From contig CAVSHB010000001.1 of NCBI GenBank assembly GCA_963727775.1, positions 160,001-224,000 on the forward strand: 64,000 bases of DNA, written 5' to 3'. The notes under the pieces were generated by a model. That model was not told the DNA's origin and did not search any database. It saw nothing but the letters and a program-made list of their open reading frames with translations. This stretch comes from an uncultured Nitrospiraceae bacterium. GTDB taxonomy: Bacteria > Nitrospirota > Thermodesulfovibrionia > Thermodesulfovibrionales > SM23-35. Position 1 is the stretch's first letter; each line of letters begins with the position of its first letter. Shown here in pieces: positions 10,337 to 21,259 of the stretch. The position numbers and the translations under genes were made by a program.

Positions 10337-11062
10337 TTATTCTTCAACCCTGAATATTTTTTCCTTAGGTAGTCCGTTAAGCAGGTTTTTTAACGCTATG
10401 TCCAGGATTCTGATATCTAATGACTCCAATGTTACCATTACGGAATAATCGCTATTATCAAGAACAGGGTAAGAGCCTATTTTAACGTTTGCATACCGTT
10501 TTACTATCTCGTTAAGAACAGGCGCTATCCTGGACTCGGATTCATTGATATAAACCTTTTTTATATATATCCGGGGCTCATTGAACAATTTTTCCATTAC
10601 AATAAATTTTTTCCTGAGCAATTGCGGTATCCCGGGAAAGACAAAGACATTCCTGATTTTTATTAGTGGAAGACCGAGTGTGCCGTCGCTGACCAGCTCG
10701 GCGCCGTAAGGGACTTCCGCCATCTTCAATTGTTCGGGAGAAAGAGTTCCCTGTTTCATTTCGATTATTTCTTTTAAAGCAGGATCAATGACCGGGTCAA
10801 CGTCGAAAGCTTTGGATATGCCTTCAATTGTGACGTCGTCATGTGTCGGGCCGATCCCCCCGGAAGTAAAGACGTAATCAAACCTGCCGGAAAAATCTCT
10901 GACCTCCGAAGCTATTTCATTAACAGAGTCCGGAATAACCGATATACGGCATAACTGTACCCCATGGTCCCACAGTTCTCGCGCCATAAAAAAAGAATTA
11001 TCATCCTGGACTTTACCGGAAAGGATCTCATCGCCTATGATGATTATCCCTGCTGTCTTCAT
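10337..11062 (-). CDS. CinA-like / molybdopterin-binding domain protein
   Basis: IGDEILSGKVQD, SGGIGPTHDDVT and FPGIP motifs. Confidence 0.88.
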   Translation of the reverse strand: MKTAGIIIIGDEILSGKVQDDNSFFMARELWDHGVQLCRISVIPDSVNEIASEVRDFSGRFDYVFTSGGIGPTHDDVTIEGISKAFDVDPVIDPALKEIIEMKQGTLSPEQLKMAEVPYGAELVSDGTLGLPLIKIRNVFVFPGIPQLLRKKFIVMEKLFNEPRIYIKKVYINESESRIAPVLNEIVKRYANVKIGSYPVLDNSDYSVMVTLESLDIRILDIALKNLLNGLPKEKIFRVEE

Positions 11063-11670
11063 TTCTTAGTCAGCTTTTCCCTGAACCATCTCATTATGTC
11101 ATCGTATGACGGGGGAGTGATCAGAAATACCTCTATATCTTTAGGGAACTGCAGTTTTGTCCTGTCTTCATCTTTCATAATAAGGAGTCCCGCCTCTGCC
11201 TCAGCAAGATTGCTGTCAATAGTGTTCAGGATATGCTGAAGCCTTCTCTCTGAGAATTCGGTGTAAAATTCAAGAATCTTTGTAAACACTTCTTTGGTAT
11301 AAACAACCCTGAGACAACTGCCCCAGTCCGTATAAGGCCCCAGGATATTGTCATCCTCGATGGGTACCAACGTGCTGCCTTCCTCCAGTTTCTTTTTAAT
11401 GATCTGAGGGATTCGCTCGTTAATCTTCGCCCATATGTTTAAAGCCTCATCGCCCTGCCGGGAAATAATCTCACAAAATATTTTTTTTATCTTCCCTGCA
11501 ACCTCAATCTTTTCTATCTGGAGAAAGACTTCATCCCAATACTTGTTTAGAAGTTCTTTATAATCATCGGGAGCGTCTTCAAGCGGATAGATATTTGCAA
11601 CGCAATACAGTTTTCTTTTGCCGATAAAATCTTCGGCGCTCGGCCTGTTAATCTGTCCCAATTCGACCAC
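11059..11670 (-). CDS. Hypothetical protein
   Basis: 203-aa ORF with GGAG RBS; its stop overlaps the next start. Confidence 0.75.
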   Translation of the reverse strand: MVELGQINRPSAEDFIGKRKLYCVANIYPLEDAPDDYKELLNKYWDEVFLQIEKIEVAGKIKKIFCEIISRQGDEALNIWAKINERIPQIIKKKLEEGSTLVPIEDDNILGPYTDWGSCLRVVYTKEVFTKILEFYTEFSERRLQHILNTIDSNLAEAEAGLLIMKDEDRTKLQFPKDIEVFLITPPSYDDIMRWFREKLTKK

Positions 11671-11692
11671 GTTCCATCACTCCTTTCTTTCT

Positions 11693-14047
11693 TCAGAATC
11701 CCTTGTCTTTCATCAGCAACTCAAGTCTCTTTTTTGCTTCCCCGCTTTTCGGATCAATGACCAATGCATACTTATATTCTTCGATGGCTTTGTCAGGTAA
11801 TTTCAGTTTCTCAAATAAATCCCCGGTAGACACCCTGATACCCGCGTCACTGGGAAGGAACTCCGCAGCTTTGCGCATGACCTTTACAGCTGCCCAATAA
11901 TAATTCTTCCTCAGGTAATAATTGTATACTTCATAAAAATACGACGGGTTTATTGTCTCTTCATTATTTATATACCGGAGGGCATTGAGATATTCTTCTT
12001 CAGCCATCTTATCTTTTCCTGTCCTGTAAAGATAACTTGCGAAAAGAAGATGCGGTTCCACCCTTTCCGGCAGTGAATTGAGGATATCCTCATCGCTTAG
12101 ACCGTTGAGCACCATAAGGGTTATATACTCTCTGGTTTTTTGGGGTTCCATAGATATTGCGGTCTTCACGATCTTTATCCCGGCATCCTTTTCTCCTCTG
12201 GAAAACAGCCACAAAGCATATCTCTTGTGCCTTGCAGGTTTGCCGGCGTCATATTTAATTCCCGACTGGAGCAGTCTGTCGGCAACCGCATATTGCTTCA
12301 ATTCCGACATAATAAGCCCGAGCCTCTGAAGATATTCTCCGTTAACGGGATCCAGCTCGACCGCCTTTTTATAATGACCGACGGCTGCGGTTTTATCTGC
12401 TCGGAATATTTCTATGTTTGCAACAGCGTACTGGTATTTTGCTTCCAGCGGATCAAAGAAAGACGCCATGTAGGCGCTATCCCTTGCAGAATGAATATCT
12501 GCGTTTGATATCTTTTCGTTCAGTTTTAGGTCCTTTATAGATGAAAAATACAATTTCCCTATGTTGATGCCGAGGGAAAATAGAATATCGAGTAATAGTA
12601 AAACAACCACGGAAATTGTCAGAATTCTTAACGGCACTTTCATTTTCTTCAGGTAGGTATCATTAAGCCCCTCATGCACCCTTGTGTTGGCCGCAGAAAC
12701 AGCCAGCCCTGCCATAAAGAAGAAATAGAGTCCGTTTGCGCCGATATTGAGATTAAAATCGGTGATGCCATGAATGAGGATCGAGATCATGCCTGTAACG
12801 GCGGCAATAAAGATATAAACGGAATACATCTCATGTCTTTTCAGATACGTTTTATATGATTTATATAAAAGTGAAAACAAGAACCATGCAAATATCAAGA
12901 AAGCGATAAGGCCGCCATTTGAAAGAAGCTCAATAAAATCATTATGGGCGTGCTCTACAATATTGTCTCCTTTTATCGTCCGATATTTAGGATAGATATC
13001 GATGAAGCTTCCAAATCCGGTGCCCGTCAAAGGGAAGTCTTGTATAATATGCGAACTGTCTTTCCAGATTTGCAGTCTCATGTCGGATATGTCCCCCTGC
13101 TTATTTCTGACACTCTCAAATTTCTCAATGATAGGACCCCAACCGAACCATCCGACAGAAAGGACTATCAGAATACAGATAACAATAATCAGCACGCCCC
13201 TCCTTTTGTCCGATCCTTTGGCAAGAAACATCATACCGAAAACGATCATCGACAGGCACAGGCTCACGATGCCGCTCCTTGAGAGGGTTAGGAAAATCGA
13301 TGTGCCGATGAGTATGGAGGAAAAGCCGACGAGTATATAGATATTAGTGCGTTGGATATTAAAAATTCCCGTTATTTTGTCACGGAATGACTTGTATTTT
13401 AAAAAGCGCGGTTTATAAAACAGGAAAAGGCTTAATATCAAAGGGAAAAGCATCCCCATAAGTCCCGCATAATGATTGCGGTTCGTATAAGGCCCGAACG
13501 GGGAGCCGCCCTGCATCAATTCCCTGAACCAGAAAATCTTATTATTAGATAGGAAATGCTGGATTATTCCGAACAGAGAGAGCAAAGAGGCATAAATGAT
13601 AATTATGCCGATAGTCTTTTGCAAATTGTATTTTCTTGAAAGAAGCTGAACGGTCAGAACGTAAAAGACGGTATATGAGGCCATTCTTAAAAACTCGACC
13701 AACGTAGCTTTTTTATTAATTGAGATCGAGAGCCAGGCGGCGGGTTTATCTATAAAGATTGTTTCTCTGTAAAGGTTATATGTCTCCGGTGAAATAATTT
13801 TAATTATACCCGCCGGTAATGGAATGAGTTGCATGAGTATGTAAGATAATAAAAATATTAAAGGAACGATACCCGGGACCTCATAAATAAATAATTCTTT
13901 TCGAACGAGTTTTTTAAGTAAAAGCAAACAAAAGGCGGATATTGAAAAAACCTCCATAATGGCTATTGACCATGACTCAACACTTCCAAAAGCCAAAGGA
14001 GAAAATATTAGGATGAATATGAAGAGTATAAAAATGGTCCTGTTCAT
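11693..14047 (-). CDS. O-antigen ligase/Wzy_C family membrane protein with C-terminal TPRs
   Basis: Many TM helices; GPYTNRNHYAG, LSRSG, GTGFGSF and HAHND motifs; TPR-like tail; lies in a polysaccharide locus. Confidence 0.85.
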   Translation of the reverse strand: MNRTIFILFIFILIFSPLAFGSVESWSIAIMEVFSISAFCLLLLKKLVRKELFIYEVPGIVPLIFLLSYILMQLIPLPAGIIKIISPETYNLYRETIFIDKPAAWLSISINKKATLVEFLRMASYTVFYVLTVQLLSRKYNLQKTIGIIIIYASLLSLFGIIQHFLSNNKIFWFRELMQGGSPFGPYTNRNHYAGLMGMLFPLILSLFLFYKPRFLKYKSFRDKITGIFNIQRTNIYILVGFSSILIGTSIFLTLSRSGIVSLCLSMIVFGMMFLAKGSDKRRGVLIIVICILIVLSVGWFGWGPIIEKFESVRNKQGDISDMRLQIWKDSSHIIQDFPLTGTGFGSFIDIYPKYRTIKGDNIVEHAHNDFIELLSNGGLIAFLIFAWFLFSLLYKSYKTYLKRHEMYSVYIFIAAVTGMISILIHGITDFNLNIGANGLYFFFMAGLAVSAANTRVHEGLNDTYLKKMKVPLRILTISVVVLLLLDILFSLGINIGKLYFSSIKDLKLNEKISNADIHSARDSAYMASFFDPLEAKYQYAVANIEIFRADKTAAVGHYKKAVELDPVNGEYLQRLGLIMSELKQYAVADRLLQSGIKYDAGKPARHKRYALWLFSRGEKDAGIKIVKTAISMEPQKTREYITLMVLNGLSDEDILNSLPERVEPHLLFASYLYRTGKDKMAEEEYLNALRYINNEETINPSYFYEVYNYYLRKNYYWAAVKVMRKAAEFLPSDAGIRVSTGDLFEKLKLPDKAIEEYKYALVIDPKSGEAKKRLELLMKDKGF

Positions 14048-14119
14048 TCTTTCCTGTCTCTATGAAGAATTATATAAAATAGGGGAAAGAATTCACAGAC
14101 TTTTATCACATTTATAAAG

Positions 14120-16228
14120 CTATTTTAGCGATTTTTCTTTATCAGATGGATAGTAACTGTAATACTGATAATAGTATTGATCGCTCTTTTTAACATCAAA
14201 ACAGTTAAGCACAACGCCGAGAATATGCGATTCCATATCAGGCTCACCCCTGCCTCTTAAGTGTTTGAGCCCTCTTTTTACAATTTCATACGTCGTTTTC
14301 CCTGATTTTACTACCACTATTGTTCCGTCAACCATTTTAGTCAAAATAAGGGCGTCGGTGACGGTCATTAAGGGCGGGGAGTCCCAAATGATAACGTCAA
14401 ATTTTTCTTTCAGTATCCGTAATAATTCGTTCATCCTGTTGGATCCGAGGAGTTCGGAAGGGTTCGGCGGCACAGGGCCTGAAGGCAGTATGCTGAGATT
14501 TGTTATAGGCCTTTTAAAAATAGTTTCTATGTCAGGAGAAGCGCCCGCAAGATAGGTGCTTAACCCGCTTAAATTGTTGAGCCGGAATGCCGCATGGATG
14601 CGGGGCTTTCTTAAGTCGCTGTCGATAAGCAAAACAGAGTATCCGGACCGTGCGACGGTTATTGCAAGGTTAATCGATGTTGCGCTTTTCCCTTCTTCCG
14701 GTCCCATGCTTGTTATGAGTATATTTTGCGGAGGTTTCGCCGCGGAGGAAAGCAGAATAGCAGTCCTTATCGACTTGTAACTTTCCGCATATATGGATTG
14801 AGGTTCTCTTAGAATGATTTCTTCGATAGTTTCTTCCTTTGCATCCAATAAAGGCACTAACCCGAGAACCGGCAGTCCGAATCTTGTTTCAATATCTTCG
14901 GGAGATTTAATGGTATTATCAAGATATTCGAAAAAGAACGCCAGGCCAATGCCGCCGAACAGGCCGACAATTAAACCGATGAGAATATTAAGAGTTTTTT
15001 TCGGCTTTATGGGAGCCCCGGGTTTTTCAGCCTTTTCGATTACCCATACATTGACGCTCTTTATTTCTTCCGTAACGCTCTGCTCTTTAATCCGTTTGAC
15101 CAATGCATCGTAAAGCTGCCTTGTTGTCTCAACTTCCCTTGTCAAGACACCATATTGAATGAATTTTTCATTGAGATTAAGCGTCTCTGCCTTAATGCCG
15201 GACATCATTCTCTGCAGGTCCGCCTCATTTGACTTCGCCAACTCATATTCGTTTCTTATGGAACTGATGACCCTTCTTATTTCCTGTTCTCTCTTCTGTT
15301 GTAAAACCTTCAACTCTTCCTCGGCTTTTATCATTGCAGGGTGCTTCTTCCCGTACTTTTTTGAAAGCTCTTCAATATTCTGTTCCGTCTTCAAGACCTG
15401 GCTCCTTAAAGATTGTATAGACGGGTCTGATGTAATCGCAGGCAATGTCTCAGCGTCCTTTAAATTAGTGGAGACGCTCCTGACCTGGCTGTACAATGCT
15501 TCCATCTCTTTTCTTTTTGTTTCAGCCCTGATTAATTGGACATTGATCGCAGAGAGTTTCTCAGGAGTTATGGCTACTTTATCCTGAAGCGTAACAATAT
15601 TATTTGCTCTCATGTAGTCCTGTAAGGCCGTTTCCGCTTTCTGAAGTTTATCTTTTTCCTCTTCAGCCTTTCTTGTCATCCATTCCATTGAGTACCGGGA
15701 AGTGCTCATCTTCATTTCAAGGATTTCATCTATATACGCCTGGGCAACCGAATTTGAAACAAGCACGGCAAATTCGGGGTTTGTCGATACGAAACCCATA
15801 TTAACAATCTTGGTGTTTTTAACAGGGCTTACGACGATCCCGGCGTTTATGATGTCCGCAAGAATATCGGCTTTTGATTTTTGCATGCTTGCAGAAATTT
15901 TACGCCCTTTAAAATAAGATTCATATGTGTTTTCAAGCGAAAGCATTGTTACTACCTTCCGGGCCACAGAAGTGCTTTTTATAATCTGAAATTGGGTCTC
16001 ATAAAATTCAGGTTCATAAGGAGCGTAATAAGGGTACAGCATTGCAAGGTTCGCCGGTTCCACTTTTTCTATTAGGACTTTTGCTGACGCCTGATAAATC
16101 GGTGTGGATGACAAAGTTCCTATGACAACAATAACGGATACTATTATGAAGAAAGTAAGGGCCGTATACCTTCTTTTAAGTATAATCCTCAGGTAATCTC
16201 TTAAGTGAATCTCTTTTTCTTCGATCAT
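14120..16228 (-). CDS. wzc: Polysaccharide co-polymerase / tyrosine autokinase (Wzc/GumC)
   Basis: Two TM segments around a coiled coil; Walker A PEEGKS, DSDLRKP, DSPP; C-terminal Tyr cluster QYYYQYYSYY. Confidence 0.92.
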   Translation of the reverse strand: MIEEKEIHLRDYLRIILKRRYTALTFFIIVSVIVVIGTLSSTPIYQASAKVLIEKVEPANLAMLYPYYAPYEPEFYETQFQIIKSTSVARKVVTMLSLENTYESYFKGRKISASMQKSKADILADIINAGIVVSPVKNTKIVNMGFVSTNPEFAVLVSNSVAQAYIDEILEMKMSTSRYSMEWMTRKAEEEKDKLQKAETALQDYMRANNIVTLQDKVAITPEKLSAINVQLIRAETKRKEMEALYSQVRSVSTNLKDAETLPAITSDPSIQSLRSQVLKTEQNIEELSKKYGKKHPAMIKAEEELKVLQQKREQEIRRVISSIRNEYELAKSNEADLQRMMSGIKAETLNLNEKFIQYGVLTREVETTRQLYDALVKRIKEQSVTEEIKSVNVWVIEKAEKPGAPIKPKKTLNILIGLIVGLFGGIGLAFFFEYLDNTIKSPEDIETRFGLPVLGLVPLLDAKEETIEEIILREPQSIYAESYKSIRTAILLSSAAKPPQNILITSMGPEEGKSATSINLAITVARSGYSVLLIDSDLRKPRIHAAFRLNNLSGLSTYLAGASPDIETIFKRPITNLSILPSGPVPPNPSELLGSNRMNELLRILKEKFDVIIWDSPPLMTVTDALILTKMVDGTIVVVKSGKTTYEIVKRGLKHLRGRGEPDMESHILGVVLNCFDVKKSDQYYYQYYSYYPSDKEKSLK

Positions 16229-16231
16229 GCG

Positions 16232-17026
16232 CTAAAAGAAACTTTCAGGGATTACGATCACATCATCAGGTAAGACAGGCTCGTCATTTTTTACCTTTTC
16301 GATGACCTCTTCAACCCCTTTGACCTTTCTGATAATTTTCACCCTGCCTTTTGACGCCTTATCGGTAAACCCTCCTGCCGCAGAGATTGCCTTCAGGACG
16401 GTTGTCTCCTCTTCATATTTATAAACGTCGGGCTTCTTTACTTCCCCGGTTATGTAAAAAACCCTTGCTTTTGGTATATATACATTGTCCCCGTCCATTA
16501 TTAGGGTGTCTTGAGTCGTGTCGCCTTTTTCAATCAACTTCTTCAGATTAACCGTAATAATATTTTCGCTGGTGTCGGAAGGATTGGATTTCCTCTTGAT
16601 TATCGCCCTGTCCCCTGCGTCTTTGGTAAGGCCTCCCGCTTCTGAAAGCAGCGCAAGAAATGTAGTTTGCCCCGGGAGCACGCAGAGGCCGGGTTTGTTC
16701 ACCTCTCCCATGATAAAAGCTTTCTTGCTTCTGAATTCCTGGATGAATATATTCACCTGCGGATTAACAACGTAACCGTCTGAAAGGCGAGCGGCTATTT
16801 TCTGTGCAATCTTTGACAGTGTAAGTCCTTTAACTTCAACCTGGCCTATCAGCGGCATGACAATAACACCGTCGCCGCTTACCCTGGCCGTGGTTGTTAA
16901 ATCATCGTTGTCGTATACGGATATTTTTAGTACATCCCCTTCGCCTATGATGTAGTCCTGGGCAAAGGAAGCGCTAACTATACAGAAAGTCATAATAAAT
17001 ACATAAAAGAAGAAAAACTTCTTCAT
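16232..17026 (-). CDS. Short OPX/Wza-family polysaccharide export protein
   Basis: Signal peptide, Poly_export domain (YIIGEGDVLKISV), two SLBB repeats (GEVNKPG, GEVKKP), ends PESFF. ATG at 17026 preferred over the upstream TTG at 17080. Confidence 0.88.
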   Translation of the reverse strand: MKKFFFFYVFIMTFCIVSASFAQDYIIGEGDVLKISVYDNDDLTTTARVSGDGVIVMPLIGQVEVKGLTLSKIAQKIAARLSDGYVVNPQVNIFIQEFRSKKAFIMGEVNKPGLCVLPGQTTFLALLSEAGGLTKDAGDRAIIKRKSNPSDTSENIITVNLKKLIEKGDTTQDTLIMDGDNVYIPKARVFYITGEVKKPDVYKYEEETTVLKAISAAGGFTDKASKGRVKIIRKVKGVEEVIEKVKNDEPVLPDDVIVIPESFF

Positions 17027-17089
17027 ATAATAATTATAAAATAAGAATAGAATTAAAGAAAGAGACTCAGGTGTTGTCAAAAAAATGAG

Positions 17090-19057
17090 TTAAAGCGAGC
17101 CGATAATCCTGAAAAATATGTTGTTCGTTACGTAATCAAAATCAGAGAAGCTGGAATTCCGTTTTTCATATTTATACCCCAAATCTAATTGTATCCATTC
17201 CCTGAATTTATAGGAAAGCGCGAGAGTACCCGAATAATAATCGTCTTCCAGCGGTTTTGTTATGCCGTTGAAAGTGAGCGCGCCCGTATATTGATCATTT
17301 GTATAAGAGAGGTTTATATTACCTGTCAACTTCCCGGTAATTCTCTGCACATAGTTAGCTCCAAAGGTAGTGGCAACTATGAAATTCGTGCCGGCCACAT
17401 CAGTTTCATCGGTTTTCCTTGATGCTTTGAGGATTAAGGAAGTTTTCGGGGTAAATTTATGGTCGATCTGCGCTTCAAGAATAAAATTATTACCGCCCTT
17501 TATGGCAGGGTCAACGAATTCTTTGACGCCGTAACCTGCCTTTATGCTTCCCTTGGATTTAGCGGTTATGTCCCATTGAATACCGCCGAAGAAATTATTC
17601 TCCCGACTATTGGATAAAGTATCTGTGGCATAATTGATATCGGCAAATTCATATTCCACAAAGACAGATGTTTTCGGTCTGACTTTATAAAAGATGTAGC
17701 TTGAAAATGTATTGTCGACGCGATCTCTGAATTTGTTCCTTGAGGCGTCATAGTTCAGAATAAAGTTGGTATAATCGATCCTAAACTTGAATTTATCGCC
17801 GGAGTCATATGTCACTATAAAATCAGCCAGGTTATTCCAGAATTTGTCGAGTTCCGTTGTCACGCCTGATATGCCGGTGCTGCGAGCATCATGTGAGAAT
17901 AAAAGATGGTCAGCGAATTCAAAGGAAAGGCCGCCTCTCAGGTTATACTGGAAAAGGCCCCCTGCTGTGTGGCTGATGTCGTTTCCTGAAGAGTTATTAG
18001 AAAACAGCTCAATATCAGCATTGTAAAATAAATACGTCTGATACCGCTTAAAGGTCTGGGGGCTATACCTGCTGAGGCTGAACCCGCCCGGTGATAAGTT
18101 TGATGTATCGATATTGAGCAGCCTTTCATTAACGTGCGGAAATGTCAGCCATATCCCTGGAGTTATTACCGTTGCGAAATCACTCTTTTTGTTGTCTTTG
18201 GTGTAAAAAACATTGTCGGTATAATATCCGGTAATCGCCAGGAATGGATGCAGAAAACCTTTCCTTGTACCGAAGACATACTCTGTGGACTTTCCTTTTG
18301 GGGTACCGGAGGGTATATTTTCAGTCGGCTGTAACGGAGCAGGCTCGCTCCTGGTTTCTCCGGCAGTTGAGATAGTGCTTGACGGCGCTTCAGGAAGCAC
18401 AGCCGGTCTTTCTTCCATAACAGATTTTTCTGCAGGAGAGTTTATCGGCGGGGGTGGCTCCTTTGTAATTTCCCGTGAAGGCGGGGTATCGTTTGCCTGA
18501 GCTTTTAGTCCTCCATACGGGGTCCCTTCTCCATGGTCTTCTTCAGTTACTGATGGTCCCTGTAATTCAGCTTCCTCTCCGATTTCGACGGGCGACAGGG
18601 CATCTTGAGACCGGTCCGTCTGTTTTTTGGCAAAAACAGAATAAATTATAGTATTGTCCTCAGAAACATCGCTTTTCAGTACTGTCTCATATCCTTTGTT
18701 GTTTAATCCTTCTGCAAAACGGATAGCATCCTCAATGTCTCCGAAAGTCTTAAGAACAGCAATCTGTGTTTCATCGGAAGGCAAAGCGTTTTTTGATAAG
18801 TCTTTGACTTTTGCGGCAAAAACTCTATATAACGTTTTTTTGTCTTTTGAAGGGCCCTTTCGAATTTCTACTTCGTATCCTTCATCCCTTAATTCCCTTG
18901 CAAATTCTTCTGCGTTCTTTTTAACCTTGAAGGTTGCAACCTGTTTCAATTGTGAATTGTGGGAGGCGATGGTCCTGGAAGATTCAGCAGGGCATACTCC
19001 CATTAGGGGGGAGAAAAGTGTAACGATTATGAATAGTGCTATCCATTTTATGTTCAT
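17090..19057 (-). CDS. SPOR-like domains, Pro-rich linker and outer-membrane beta-barrel (EPS export)
   Basis: Two QVATF/QIAVL...YRV/YSV SPOR-like repeats, a low-complexity linker, and alternating beta-strands from HPFLAITGYYTDNV to the C-terminus. Confidence 0.7.
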   Translation of the reverse strand: MNIKWIALFIIVTLFSPLMGVCPAESSRTIASHNSQLKQVATFKVKKNAEEFARELRDEGYEVEIRKGPSKDKKTLYRVFAAKVKDLSKNALPSDETQIAVLKTFGDIEDAIRFAEGLNNKGYETVLKSDVSEDNTIIYSVFAKKQTDRSQDALSPVEIGEEAELQGPSVTEEDHGEGTPYGGLKAQANDTPPSREITKEPPPPINSPAEKSVMEERPAVLPEAPSSTISTAGETRSEPAPLQPTENIPSGTPKGKSTEYVFGTRKGFLHPFLAITGYYTDNVFYTKDNKKSDFATVITPGIWLTFPHVNERLLNIDTSNLSPGGFSLSRYSPQTFKRYQTYLFYNADIELFSNNSSGNDISHTAGGLFQYNLRGGLSFEFADHLLFSHDARSTGISGVTTELDKFWNNLADFIVTYDSGDKFKFRIDYTNFILNYDASRNKFRDRVDNTFSSYIFYKVRPKTSVFVEYEFADINYATDTLSNSRENNFFGGIQWDITAKSKGSIKAGYGVKEFVDPAIKGGNNFILEAQIDHKFTPKTSLILKASRKTDETDVAGTNFIVATTFGANYVQRITGKLTGNINLSYTNDQYTGALTFNGITKPLEDDYYSGTLALSYKFREWIQLDLGYKYEKRNSSFSDFDYVTNNIFFRIIGSL

Positions 19058-19234
19058 ATTTAGTTCATTATTATAAAGGTATAATTAATATATATATAAC
19101 TATATTATTAAAGATTATTAAAATGGCGCTTCCAAAGTCAAGAAAAATGTGTTACAAACAAATACTTTTGTCATCTGATCGCTTCAGTGATTTTTTTTTG
19201 ACTCCCTGTTATACTCATCAAAGGAGGTGTAATT

Positions 19235-19975
19235 ATGCGCTATATATACTATATCTTAATCATATTTTTTGCCATATCGGCAGTAATAGGCTTCGAATTA
19301 AAGGGCAAACACGGTCCTGTAAAAGATGCGGCTTTGATCATAAATGACAGGGTGATAACCGCTGAAGAATTCAACAAACGTTACTCTGCCCGGCCCCTTC
19401 ACGAAGACAAAAGCGATTTCATTAACTCCCTGATAACAAAAGAGCTCCTTATTCAGGAATCTCAAAAGCAGGGTATAGATAAAGATGAATCTTTCAGGAG
19501 ATCGATACAGAATTTCTATGAACAATCCCTCATAAAACTGCTGATAGACAGAAAATTCGCTTCTCTCAATATTTCTGTAAGCCCTAAGGAGCTGGACAGA
19601 TATATAGCACTTTTAAATAAGAAGATACACATAACAATCTTTGGCTTCAACAGTATTGAACAGGCCGGGAAGGGTGTCTACAAAAACGGCGAGAATAAAA
19701 CCGTAAATTTTGATGATCTCTCTGATGAGATACGATACGGCATAACCCTTACCGGTGAAGGAAAATTCTCCGAACCGCTAAGAATAGGAGAGAAGTATAT
19801 TGTCGTAAGACTTGACAAGATCGAATCCGCCTCAACCCGTGCGCCTTCCGATACAGATAAGGACAAGATTAAGATGATGATTGCTGAGGTCAAAAAAGAA
19901 AAGATCATTAATGACTGGATGGCCGGATTACGGAAGAATGCAAAGATAAAAATAATGGTAAAAGAAGAAAATTAG
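19235..19975 (+). CDS. SurA N-terminal / PPIase-like exported protein
   Basis: IINDRVITAEEF, LITKELLIQES..GID and WMAGLRKNAKI patterns. Confidence 0.65.
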   Translation: MRYIYYILIIFFAISAVIGFELKGKHGPVKDAALIINDRVITAEEFNKRYSARPLHEDKSDFINSLITKELLIQESQKQGIDKDESFRRSIQNFYEQSLIKLLIDRKFASLNISVSPKELDRYIALLNKKIHITIFGFNSIEQAGKGVYKNGENKTVNFDDLSDEIRYGITLTGEGKFSEPLRIGEKYIVVRLDKIESASTRAPSDTDKDKIKMMIAEVKKEKIINDWMAGLRKNAKIKIMVKEEN

Positions 19976-19984
19976 GGGGTATTT

Positions 19985-20587
19985 ATGAAGAGAACTTGGA
20001 GGAGAAGAAATTACTTTATCAAAAAAGAACTACAAGGCAAGTATATCTTCAGCTTCTTTATCTTTATGATCGGTGGAAGTATTATTTTTACTTTGATCTT
20101 CAGCCTTCTCTCTGCCAATACACTTACAATTATTTACGACAATTATAATCTCAGGATAGGAAAAACACCGCTTATTCTGCTTAAGGAGATTCTCAGCGCG
20201 CATTGGATATTTATTGTGACCGCAGGTATTTTTATCGTTGTTGTATCGATGTTCCTTACTCATAGGTTTGCTGGGCCGTTGTTCAGGTTCGAAAAATCCG
20301 TCGAGGAGATGGTGAAAGGGAACTTCAACTTCCAGATAAGACTGAGGGAAAAAGATGAGGGGAAAGAACTTGCTGAACTGATGAACCGGTTGATTACTAT
20401 GGTTTCATCAAATGTTAAGGAAATGAGGCGCTTGGCCGACGAGATTGAGAGCAGGTTGAAAATTGTTTCCGGTAAGATCAGGCAGATTCAGCCGGAAGAA
20501 GCCGCAATTGAACTGGATGAGGCAAGCGTTCTTGCGAAGAAGCTCCGCGATATGGTCGATTTCTTTAAGATAAAGAATGACGTATAA
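19985..20587 (+). CDS. Two-TM HAMP-domain protein
   Basis: Two TM helices, then THRFAGPLFRF...GNF...LREKDE (HAMP). Confidence 0.75.
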   Translation: MKRTWRRRNYFIKKELQGKYIFSFFIFMIGGSIIFTLIFSLLSANTLTIIYDNYNLRIGKTPLILLKEILSAHWIFIVTAGIFIVVVSMFLTHRFAGPLFRFEKSVEEMVKGNFNFQIRLREKDEGKELAELMNRLITMVSSNVKEMRRLADEIESRLKIVSGKIRQIQPEEAAIELDEASVLAKKLRDMVDFFKIKNDV

Positions 20588-20589
20588 AC

Positions 20590-21123
20590 ATGTCTATGAA
20601 GATTCTGAAAGCTATTCTTGTAATCTTATTTATTTTCCTGCCTGTTACCGTATCTTCAGAAAATGAGGTAAAAAGCAGGTATATCACAATAAAATATGTC
20701 GGCGAGGACCATCTAAAGAGATTCAATAAGTCAATTTCTCTCGGAAGCCTGTCGTATCTCATGGCAAACAGAAAAAGCATTACCGTTATCGACGAGATTA
20801 AAAACAAAGTGGATGTTGTTCTTGAACGGGTTGAAACGATACTTGAAATGTTTCCGAAAGACGTGCATATCTCAATTGTGCTCCTTCCCTCGGAAGAAGA
20901 AGTCCGGAAAATTTTCAGAAGTAAATACGGGAAAGACGTCGATTTTATCTCCTTTTATTCACCCAGAGATAAAACGATATATGTATCAGTCGGAGACATA
21001 CGCATAGGAGTTCTCGCACATGAGATGGCGCATGCGATAATAGACCTTTACTATGCTATGCCGACTCCTGTAAATGTACAAGAGGTTCTTGCCCAATATG
21101 TAGAGACCCATTTGGGAGATTAG
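20590..21123 (+). CDS. Exported protein with HExxH motif (possible zincin)
   Basis: Signal peptide; LAHEMAHA followed by a downstream Glu (QEVLA). Confidence 0.6.
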   Translation: MSMKILKAILVILFIFLPVTVSSENEVKSRYITIKYVGEDHLKRFNKSISLGSLSYLMANRKSITVIDEIKNKVDVVLERVETILEMFPKDVHISIVLLPSEEEVRKIFRSKYGKDVDFISFYSPRDKTIYVSVGDIRIGVLAHEMAHAIIDLYYAMPTPVNVQEVLAQYVETHLGD

Positions 21124-21259
21124 GCCGAAAAATGCAGCTATTGTTCAGAAAATTATATCTCGATGAATTGAGAATATCATTATGAAGGCACGCTAAGGTA
21201 TCGAAAAATAATTTTTTTCACAACACCCGCATTTTTCTATTTGCAGTTGAGAAAATAAA

